From Acidimicrobiales bacterium (GTDB lineage Bacteria > Actinomycetota > Acidimicrobiia > Acidimicrobiales > RAAP-2), in NCBI GenBank assembly GCA_035483935.1, contig DATHPK010000029.1, positions 1 to 54,759 on the forward strand: a stretch of 54,759 bases of DNA, written 5' to 3'. Shown here piece by piece: positions 25,176-32,535 of this stretch. The notes beneath the pieces are model-generated. The model was given only the letters and a program-made list of their open reading frames with translations. It was not told the DNA's origin and searched no databases. How positions within the stretch are numbered: position 1 is the stretch's first letter; the number at the start of each line of letters is the position of its first letter. The position numbers and the translations under genes are program-made.

Positions 25176-25925
25176 TCACTGTAACGCGTTCGTAACGCCA
25201 GCGGAGGTCGGGGCCTCTGCCTCCCCGAGGTAGCGCTCGATGACCTCGGCGCCGGCGTCGGCCGCCGGCCCGGACCAGCCGACCTGGCCCCGGGTGAGGA
25301 TGACACAGGTGTCCGCCATGGCCAGCGCGCGGTGCACGAACTGCTCGGTGAGGACGATGGTGATGCCGGAACGGCGCGCTTCCTCGAGGCCTTCGAACAC
25401 CGACTCGGCGACCATTGGCGCGAGGCCCAACGACATCTCGTCCGCGATGATCAGCTTCGGCGACACGGCGAGCGCACGGGCCAGCGCGAGCATCTGTTGT
25501 TCCCCGCCCGACAGGCTCCCGGCGCGTTGCGTGCGTCGCTTGCCGAGCACGGGGAAGCGGTCGATGGCGCGGTCGATCGCACCGGCCCGGTCCTGCCGGC
25601 GCTCTTGGGCCACGGCCATGCGCAGGTTGTCCAGCACGGAGAGACCGGGGAAGATGCCTCGTCCCTCCGGGATGTAGGTCAGGCCCAACTTGCGGATGCG
25701 GTGCGGCGACAGACGCGTGATGTCATGGCGGTCGAAGTGCACCGAGCCGGCGTTGCGGGGGACGAGCCCCGACGCGGCGCGTGCGAGCGTGCTCTTCCCG
25801 GCCCCGTTCGCTCCCAGTACCGCGACCACCGCCCCCGGGTCGACCGAGACCGACACGCCGAAGAGGGCCTGGGACGGTCCGTAGAGGACGTCCAGGTCGC
25901 GCACGTCGAGCAGGGGATCCGTCAC
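25176..25925 (-). CDS. ABC transporter ATP-binding protein, LivF-like type
   Basis: Track ORF 25176..25925 (-). GANGAGKSTLA, LSGGEQQML, LIIADEMSLGL. GTGA overlap with the upstream gene at 25922-25925. Confidence 0.9.
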   Translation of the reverse strand: MTDPLLDVRDLDVLYGPSQALFGVSVSVDPGAVVAVLGANGAGKSTLARAASGLVPRNAGSVHFDRHDITRLSPHRIRKLGLTYIPEGRGIFPGLSVLDNLRMAVAQERRQDRAGAIDRAIDRFPVLGKRRTQRAGSLSGGEQQMLALARALAVSPKLIIADEMSLGLAPMVAESVFEGLEEARRSGITIVLTEQFVHRALAMADTCVILTRGQVGWSGPAADAGAEVIERYLGEAEAPTSAGVTNALQ

Positions 25926-26779
25926 GACGTCGCCTTCGGACCGCGCTCGAGCTGGGTGTCGCCCAGGTAGGCCTCGCGCACGCGGGGGTCGTTACGGATC
26001 GCGTCGGGGCTCCCGGCGGCGATCAGCTCGCCGAAGTCGAGGACGAACACGGTGTCCGAGAGCGAGAGGACGGCGGCAACGTCGTGCTCGACGATCACCA
26101 GAGAGAGCGGCTGATCGTTCTGGTCGACGATCTGACGGAACACCGTCAGCAAATTCGCCGACGCCTTCATGTCGAGGCCGGAAAGGGGCTCGTCGAGCAG
26201 AAGGACCCGGGGCTCGCTGGCGAGGGCACGGCCCACCTCGACCAGGCGGGCCACGCCCAGGGGCAGCGCCGCGACGGGAGCCTGCGCGACGCGCGTCAAC
26301 CGCAGCATCTCGAGCAGACGATCGATGTGCTCGTTCTCGCGTTTCGAGGGAGGCAACAACGAACGCGGATCGAACATGTCCCGCCAGAGGCGTACGGGCG
26401 CGACCCGCGCCCTGTGCGCAAGGACGAGGTGCTCGCGCACGGTGAGCCCCATGAAGAGCTCGGGTTGTTGGAACGTCCGAGCCAGGCCCCGGCCCGCCCG
26501 GGAACGGGCCGAGGAGTCACTCACCTCCTCACCGCCCAGCCAGACCCGGCCGGCGTGGCACCGCTGCAATCCGGACAGCACACCCAGGAGGGTGGACTTC
26601 CCGGCGCCGTTCGGGCCGACGAGACCGGCAATCGACCCGCTGGGCACCTCGATCGAGACCTCTGACAGCGCGGTCAAGCCACCGAAACGGACGGTGACGC
26701 CTTGGGCGGCCATGGCATGCGCCGCCTCGGTGGCGCCGGACCCGGACCCGGGCTCGACAGTGAGCGGTCCCGTTGTCAC
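25922..26779 (-). CDS. ABC transporter ATP-binding protein, LivG-like type
   Basis: Track ORF 25922..26779 (-). GPNGAGKSTLL, LLLLDEPLSGL, DPRVREAYLG. GTGA overlap with the permease stop at 26776-26779. Confidence 0.9.
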   Translation of the reverse strand: MTTGPLTVEPGSGSGATEAAHAMAAQGVTVRFGGLTALSEVSIEVPSGSIAGLVGPNGAGKSTLLGVLSGLQRCHAGRVWLGGEEVSDSSARSRAGRGLARTFQQPELFMGLTVREHLVLAHRARVAPVRLWRDMFDPRSLLPPSKRENEHIDRLLEMLRLTRVAQAPVAALPLGVARLVEVGRALASEPRVLLLDEPLSGLDMKASANLLTVFRQIVDQNDQPLSLVIVEHDVAAVLSLSDTVFVLDFGELIAAGSPDAIRNDPRVREAYLGDTQLERGPKATS

Positions 26780-28797
26780 GAGACGCCCTCGGCGACGCGC
26801 GGCACGGCCGCATCGACGTCACCCGCCGTCAATCCGACGTCATCGAACCGTTGGGGCCCACGTCCGGCGGAACCGAAGCGCAACAGCAAGCTCCGCAGCT
26901 TGCGGCCGTTCTCGGCCAATGCTCCGTCGGGGTACTTTGCGGCCGAGATCGCACCCAGGCCGAAACCGATCTGCAGCCAGACGGGCAGGTTGGTGACCGA
27001 AGGCCAGTAGTACTGGAAGATGGCGTCGGGAAAGACAAGGATGACGCCTGCGATCACCGCGGCCGCGGTCGACCGGACACCGATGGTCACCAGGACGGCG
27101 AGCCAGACGATCCCTTGGAGGGTGGCGAACTCACTCGGCTCGAAGGTCGTCTGCGCCATGGCATAGAGCGCACCTCCTATGCCCGCGACAAGCGCAGCCG
27201 TCGCGCCGGCGATGACCTTCATCTGCACCACGCTGATGCCGGAGGTGCGTGCGCCCGCCTCGCTCCACCTTGCTGCGTTCAGCGCAAGCCCGGTCGTCGA
27301 ACGTCGGAAATTCACAATGAAGAGTGCGAGGATCCCGAACACGATGAGAACGAAGTAGGCGTAGGACAGGTTGGAGCTGACGAACTCAGGCCGGTTGAGC
27401 GTAAGGCCGATGCCCTGGTTGACGAAGCTGGGCAAGGTGAAGACGAGCGTCTCCATCAGGAGCCCGAAGGTAAGGGTGACGAGCGCGACGTAGAGATCGC
27501 CGAGCCGGATGCTGAGAAAGCCGATGATCGCCCCCATCGCGCCGGCGATGAGACCACCGACGGCGGCCCCGGCCAGGACCGGCCAGCCGTAATGGTTCGC
27601 CAACTGGGCGGTGGTCAGCGCGCCCACACCGGCGAAGGTGATCTGACAGAGCCAGAGCATGCCGCCCTCGCCGGTGACGATGGTCCAGGAGAGACAGATG
27701 ATGCCGATGGCAAACGCCGACGGGAAAAGACCGACCCAATAACCACTCACGAGGAGCGGTGCCACCGCCACCGCGACGAGGAGCAGAAGCGGACCGGCGT
27801 ATTTGCCGATGAAGTTGAGTGACGCGGCCTCGATCACGCTGCTCGTCGAACCGGCCAGGCGGCTCTCTCCCTGCGGGGTGATGGCCCGGTCGAGCGCGCC
27901 ACCCCAGCTTTCGGTCTCTCCGACGCGTCCGCGCCGGACCAGGCTGTAGATGAGGAAGAGCGCAATCACGATGAACGGGATGGAATTGATGAGTCCGGTG
28001 GTCCATTGGCTGTTCGAAGGCAGGTACCGCTGAATCAGGGACGTCGCCACACCCATCAGGAGGCCGACGATGACGGCCACCGGGAGGCTGCGCAGCCGGG
28101 CCGCCACCACCGCCGCGAACGAGGCGGCGATCAGGAGCGTGAACTGGCCCGGGTCCAATCCGTTGAGCGGGGCGATGAGTACTCCCGCCAAACCGGCGAA
28201 GAACGTGCTGACCGCCCACACCCCCACCGAGATCGCGGTGGGACTCGACCCCGAGAGGTCGGTCATGGCGGGAGAATCGACCATCGCACGCACCTTCAGG
28301 CCGATCTCGGTGTAGCGCAACACGACTGCGCCGAAGACCACCATCGCCGCGACGCAGATCAGCACGATGAGCTGGTTCTGATCGATCGGAACGCCCAGGA
28401 AGTGGTAGACCGCGTTCGGGTTCGGCGCGAGGCCGGGAGCGGACTGGATCGGGCCGTTGCCGAAGATCCACGTTGCAACCGCGGGAATGGCGACAAGCAG
28501 GCCGATGGTCGCCACCACCTTGATGAGGGGTGACGAGAGGCGCATGAAGCGGAACAGGACCACGTAGAGGAACACCCCGATGGCCGGTGCCAGGACGACA
28601 ACGGAGAGGACCGCCGCGGGGGCGATGCCCCAGTTGTGCTGGGTGTGCAGGAAGTAGAAGAAGCGCGCGACGAAGTAGGCGATCGCCCCGAATGCGAAGT
28701 TCAAGATGCCCGATGACGTGTACGTCATGACGAGCCCGGCCGAGGCGATGGCGTACACCCCGCCGGTGACCAAGCCGGCGATCACGAATTGCAGCAT
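26776..28797 (-). CDS. Fused branched-chain amino acid ABC transporter permease (LivH-like + LivM-like halves in one 673-aa polypeptide)
   Basis: Track ORF 26776..28797 (-). The N-terminal half (MLQFVIAGLVTGGVYAIASAGLVMTY...ILNFAFGA) is LivH-like. The C-terminal half (GEGGMLWLCQITFAGVGA...) is LivM-like. Confidence 0.88.
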   Translation of the reverse strand: MLQFVIAGLVTGGVYAIASAGLVMTYTSSGILNFAFGAIAYFVARFFYFLHTQHNWGIAPAAVLSVVVLAPAIGVFLYVVLFRFMRLSSPLIKVVATIGLLVAIPAVATWIFGNGPIQSAPGLAPNPNAVYHFLGVPIDQNQLIVLICVAAMVVFGAVVLRYTEIGLKVRAMVDSPAMTDLSGSSPTAISVGVWAVSTFFAGLAGVLIAPLNGLDPGQFTLLIAASFAAVVAARLRSLPVAVIVGLLMGVATSLIQRYLPSNSQWTTGLINSIPFIVIALFLIYSLVRRGRVGETESWGGALDRAITPQGESRLAGSTSSVIEAASLNFIGKYAGPLLLLVAVAVAPLLVSGYWVGLFPSAFAIGIICLSWTIVTGEGGMLWLCQITFAGVGALTTAQLANHYGWPVLAGAAVGGLIAGAMGAIIGFLSIRLGDLYVALVTLTFGLLMETLVFTLPSFVNQGIGLTLNRPEFVSSNLSYAYFVLIVFGILALFIVNFRRSTTGLALNAARWSEAGARTSGISVVQMKVIAGATAALVAGIGGALYAMAQTTFEPSEFATLQGIVWLAVLVTIGVRSTAAAVIAGVILVFPDAIFQYYWPSVTNLPVWLQIGFGLGAISAAKYPDGALAENGRKLRSLLLRFGSAGRGPQRFDDVGLTAGDVDAAVPRVAEGVS

Positions 28798-28846
28798 CCT
28801 GCGGAGTGCACCCCCTTGCCGGCCGGATCAGCCGGATATTTCTGAA

Positions 28847-28858
28847 ATCGACGTCGAT
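28847..28858. promoter_or_regulatory. Perfect 12-bp palindrome ATCGACGTCGAT upstream of the fused-permease operon, putative operator
   Basis: Read directly at 28841-28860: tctgaaATCGACGTCGATtc. It lies 50-61 nt upstream of ATG 28797 (minus). A minus-strand TACTAT (TAnnnT, 28868-28863) lies 4 nt upstream of it. Confidence 0.4.
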
Positions 28859-29005
28859 TCAGATAGTAACTAGGCGACGTAGCCCGTGCACAACGCCAAA
28901 TCCCGTGTTGAGCTGGGCCTTCCTTACTCTTTCCCGAGAACGACCCCGCCCGGACGGTTCAGGAAATTCTGCAACGCGCCGGCCGCAGGCCGGTCCCTAC
29001 GGCGC

Positions 29006-29914
29006 TCAGGAGTCGGCGCGGACCTTGTCCTTGACCGCCGGCACGATCGGCGGTGCCTCCTTCCAATTCGGGATCCCCGAGTCCTCCTTGGCCACGGGGA
29101 ACCGGTCCTCGTTCACCCAGGCCCAGTGCGAATGGTTCAGCTCGTGCAAAGTGAAGCACGCGTTGAGGGCGTTGTAGAAGCCCATGTTGTCGACGCTCTG
29201 GTTGACCGCCTCCTTGATGAGCAGCGACGTCATCGTCGGCAGCTTGGCGATGCGCCGGGCGAACTCGATCGTGCGCTCCTCGAGCTGGTCGGCGGGAAAG
29301 ATCTTGCTGACCATGCCGAGGCTGTGCGCCTCCTCCGCATCGACCGAATCGCCGGTGAGGAGAAGCTCCTTGGCCTTGCGCGGCCCGAATTCCCAGGGGT
29401 GGGCGAAGTACTCGACGCCGCACATCCCCAGACGAGCGCCGACGACGTCGGCGAAGCGGGTGCCCTCGGCCGCGACGATCAGGTCGCAGGCCCACAGCAG
29501 CATGAGGCCCGCGGCGTAGACGTCACCGTGCGCCTGGCCGATCGTGATCTTGCGGAGATTGCGCCAGCGTCGGGTGTTCTCGAAGTAGTAGTGCCACTCC
29601 TGGAGCATCAGGGACTCGGAACCCTTGCGCGTGGCGCCGTTGATCGTGTGCGAAGGGTGCTGATTCGGCCCCGGCATGTACTCCTCGCGGGACGCCTTCG
29701 AGCCCAGGTCGTGGCCCGAGGAGAACATCGGCCCGGCGCCGCCGAGAATGACGACCCGCACGGTGTCGTCGGCCTCGGCCGCCAGGAAGGCGTCGTTCAA
29801 CTCGACGAGCAGCCCGCGGTTCTGGGCGTTACGCGCCTCGGGGCGGTTCAAGATGATGCGCGCGATCGTCCCGTCGTCGACGGTCTCGTACTGCACGTAC
29901 TTGTAGTCAGGCAT
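29006..29914 (-). CDS. Enoyl-CoA hydratase/isomerase (crotonase) family protein
   Basis: Track ORF 29006..29914 (-), 302 aa. IILNRPEARNAQN and VVILGGAGPMFSSGHDLG are crotonase-fold motifs. Confidence 0.9.
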   Translation of the reverse strand: MPDYKYVQYETVDDGTIARIILNRPEARNAQNRGLLVELNDAFLAAEADDTVRVVILGGAGPMFSSGHDLGSKASREEYMPGPNQHPSHTINGATRKGSESLMLQEWHYYFENTRRWRNLRKITIGQAHGDVYAAGLMLLWACDLIVAAEGTRFADVVGARLGMCGVEYFAHPWEFGPRKAKELLLTGDSVDAEEAHSLGMVSKIFPADQLEERTIEFARRIAKLPTMTSLLIKEAVNQSVDNMGFYNALNACFTLHELNHSHWAWVNEDRFPVAKEDSGIPNWKEAPPIVPAVKDKVRADS

Positions 29915-29995
29915 CTCCGGCTCTCCGTGAACTCTTGCTCTTCGTGGTCGGGCCGACCCTATGTCAGAACCCGCGGGACTTGCGATGGACGGGTG

Positions 29996-31201
29996 TTACC
30001 CCGCCGCGCCCACCGGCACCTCGACCTTCATGATCTCGGCCAGGTTGCCGCCCATGATCTTGCGCAGGTCCCCGTCCGACACCCCCGCCGGCAGGTGCTC
30101 GGCGTAGGTACGCGGCTCGGCGAGGCCTTCCGGATGCGGGTAGTCGGACCCGAAGAGGACGTGGTCCGCCCCGATCGTGTCGATCAGCCGTTCGAGGTTG
30201 TCCTCGTGGAAGGGGCTGATCCAGACATGTGACTTGAACTGCTCGACCGGGTTCTCTTCGAAGGCCTGCGGCATCTTCTTGTAGGTGTCGGCGACGTGCT
30301 CGAGGAACCCGGCGACCCAGTCGCCGCCGCTCTCGATAGAGGCGACCCGCAGCTTTGGAAAACGCGAGAACACGCCGTGGCAGAGGAACGCCGTCATGGT
30401 GTCCTCCATCGGCCGCTTGCCGACACTGATGGCGCGGAAGGGGTCGAGCCGGAAAGGCAGCATCTCGTTCGCCTGACCGATCCAATCGTTCTGATAGCGG
30501 GTGTACCCGCTGTCCGACGAGTGCATGGAGACCAGGATGTCGGCCTCCTCCACCGCCTTCCAGAACGGGTCGAACTCGGAGTACCCGAACGAGCGCGAGC
30601 CGCGGTAGCCGGGCACGGGGGCCGGGCGGATCAGGACCGTCTTGGCGCCCCGCTCGAGCACCCATTCGAGCTCCTCGAGCGCCTTCTCCACGATAGGCAG
30701 CGTGATCACCGGCGTCGTGAAGATGCGGTTCTCGTAGTTGAAGGTCCATTCCTCGTACATCCACTCGTTCAGCGCGTGGATGGCGGCGTGCGTCAGCTCG
30801 GGGTCGTCGCGCATGCGCTCCTCGAGCAGGCTGGCCAGGGTCGGGAACATCAGGGCGCGGTCGACGCCGAGCTCGTTCATCAGCTCGAGCCGCGGGCCGG
30901 GCTCGCGGAAGGCGGGGATGCCGCGCATCGGCTCACCGACGATCTCGCGGTAGGACTTCCCGTCGGGGTTCCCGTCGCGGAAGTACTCCTCCTGGGCGCC
31001 CGGACGCGCCACGACCTCGAACGTCGGGTTCGGGATGTATTCGCTCACCGTGCCGCGGATCATGGTCTTGGTCCGGCCGTGCAGGTCCACGTAGTCGATG
31101 GCGCCCTTGAACCGATCGGGCAGGTGACGTGTGAACGAATCGCGCGTCTCGTAGAAGTGGTTGTCGGCGTCGAAGACAGGGAAGTCCAAGGTTCTGGCCA
31201 T
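29996..31201 (-). CDS. Amidohydrolase_2 (ACMSD/LigW-like metal-dependent hydrolase/decarboxylase) family protein
   Basis: Track ORF 29996..31201 (-), 401 aa. N-terminal VFDADNHFYE, and C-terminal VLFGSDYPHPEG typical of the family. Confidence 0.85.
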   Translation of the reverse strand: MARTLDFPVFDADNHFYETRDSFTRHLPDRFKGAIDYVDLHGRTKTMIRGTVSEYIPNPTFEVVARPGAQEEYFRDGNPDGKSYREIVGEPMRGIPAFREPGPRLELMNELGVDRALMFPTLASLLEERMRDDPELTHAAIHALNEWMYEEWTFNYENRIFTTPVITLPIVEKALEELEWVLERGAKTVLIRPAPVPGYRGSRSFGYSEFDPFWKAVEEADILVSMHSSDSGYTRYQNDWIGQANEMLPFRLDPFRAISVGKRPMEDTMTAFLCHGVFSRFPKLRVASIESGGDWVAGFLEHVADTYKKMPQAFEENPVEQFKSHVWISPFHEDNLERLIDTIGADHVLFGSDYPHPEGLAEPRTYAEHLPAGVSDGDLRKIMGGNLAEIMKVEVPVGAAG

Positions 31202-31208
31202 GACGGTC

Positions 31209-31238
31209 AGGTTAATCCGTTTTTGACAGCGACGTCAA
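31209..31238 (-). promoter_or_regulatory. Sigma-A-type promoter TTGACG-18 nt-TAACCT with leaderless geometry, embedded in palindrome-like TTGACGTCGCTGTCAA
   Basis: Minus strand reads ctgataTTGACGTCGCTGTCAAAAACGGATTAACCTGACCGTCATG. The -35 is at 31238-31233 and the -10 (TAnnnT) at 31214-31209. ATG 31201 lies 7 nt after the -10. Confidence 0.5.
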
Positions 31239-31288
31239 TATCAGATTCATGGACTCCCGCTCCCGCAGGCCGAGGCGCCCGTCCGCGC

Positions 31289-32449
31289 TCAGAGCCGGTA
31301 CAGCTGGCGCGCGTTCTCCCCGAAGATCTTGCGGCGGATCGCCGGGGTGAGAGTCTCCATCTTGGCTTCGACGGTCTGCAGCGGGTTGGGGTAGAGGCAC
31401 GTCGGGTGGGGAAAGTCGGTCTCGAAGAGGATGCGGTCCTCACCGACCGCCTCGATCAGGTCCGGCAGCTTGTTGCGGTTGTTCTCGAACCAGAACGTGG
31501 CGTACAGGTTCGTCCGGAAATAGTCCGAGGGCATGCGCTCGAGCTGTGCGAGCTCCTTCGGCGCGTTCTCCGCCATCTCGTAGTCGAGCGCCTCGAGGAT
31601 GAACGGGATCCAGCCAACCCCGCTCTCGACGGAGACCATCTGCAGGCCCGGGTGGCGGTCGAACATGCCCGAGAGGATCAGGTTGGTGACCACCCGCGCG
31701 TTGCCGATGAAGAGCAGCGTGCCGCCGATGGCCAGCTTTGTGTTCTCGGCGTGCGACTCCCACGGGTACTGCCCGAAGAACGTCATCGCCGTCTGGCTGG
31801 CGCCGATGTGGAAGTGCACGGGCAGGGACAACTCGCAGCAGACCTCCCAGAGGGGGTCCCAAGCCCGATTGGCCAGGTCCGGCGCGCCCAGGTCCTGGGG
31901 ATCCGACGTCATGTTCACGCCGCGCGCGCCGAGGCCCGAGACCCGACGCGCTTCGGCCACACAGGTGGCGACGTCCCACGCCGGCATCAGCGGGAGCGGC
32001 AACAGCCGGTTGCCCGAATCCGCCTGGATCTCGGCCATGCCGTCGTTGTAGATCTCGATCGCCACGCGGCACAGCGCGGGGTCGTCCACCATGCCGAGGT
32101 CCTGGCCGCCCAGACCGATGGTGCTCGGAAAGATGATCTGCGCGTCGATGCCGCACTCGTCGAGCACGGCGAGACGCACCTCGGGGTCGTGTGCGCCGAG
32201 ATGCACCTCGTCGTGATCCCACTCCATCAGCGCATGGAAGGAGCTCTCCTTCGTCCCGTCGCGTGCGATGACGCCGCCCGCACTGAAGCGGCCGAGGGTG
32301 TGCCCGTCGAAGACCCACATCTTCTCCCCGTCGACCTCCTCGACCCGGGGCACCCGGTCCTTGAAGGCGGCGGGCGCCCGCTTGGTGAAGAGATCAGGGG
32401 CTTCGCACCAGTGCGAGTCCGCGTCGACGACCAGCATGTCCTTCAACAT
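31289..32449 (-). CDS. Amidohydrolase_2 family protein
   Basis: In frame with track ORF 31289..32518. Start ATG 32449 (MLKDMLVVDADSHW) or ATG 32437. C-terminal ILFETDFPHPT. Close paralog of 46698..47879. Confidence 0.85.
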   Translation of the reverse strand: MLKDMLVVDADSHWCEAPDLFTKRAPAAFKDRVPRVEEVDGEKMWVFDGHTLGRFSAGGVIARDGTKESSFHALMEWDHDEVHLGAHDPEVRLAVLDECGIDAQIIFPSTIGLGGQDLGMVDDPALCRVAIEIYNDGMAEIQADSGNRLLPLPLMPAWDVATCVAEARRVSGLGARGVNMTSDPQDLGAPDLANRAWDPLWEVCCELSLPVHFHIGASQTAMTFFGQYPWESHAENTKLAIGGTLLFIGNARVVTNLILSGMFDRHPGLQMVSVESGVGWIPFILEALDYEMAENAPKELAQLERMPSDYFRTNLYATFWFENNRNKLPDLIEAVGEDRILFETDFPHPTCLYPNPLQTVEAKMETLTPAIRRKIFGENARQLYRL

Positions 32450-32458
32450 TGACGTCAA
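32449..32458. promoter_or_regulatory. Palindrome TTGACGTCAA abutting overlapping divergent -10-like hexamers (TAGGGT on plus / TACCCT on minus, 32462-32468)
   Basis: Read directly: caacaTTGACGTCAAtatTAGGGTAgcg at 32444-32471, between the divergent amidohydrolase (minus) and the DUF35-thiolase gene (plus, GTG 32536). Confidence 0.35.
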
Positions 32459-32535
32459 TATTAGGGTAGCGTCGCCTCTTGCGGCAACGGGCAAAAGGGC
32501 AGGTGGACGCGTGAACATCGACGACGAGGGGACAT

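Noticed and set aside
28886-32452. Long + strand ORFs 28886..30232 (448 aa) and 30296..32452 (718 aa)
   Set aside because: Both are antisense to the crotonase and two amidohydrolase genes, which have clear family motifs. The products are repetitive Arg/Val/Asp/Leu/Gly sequence.
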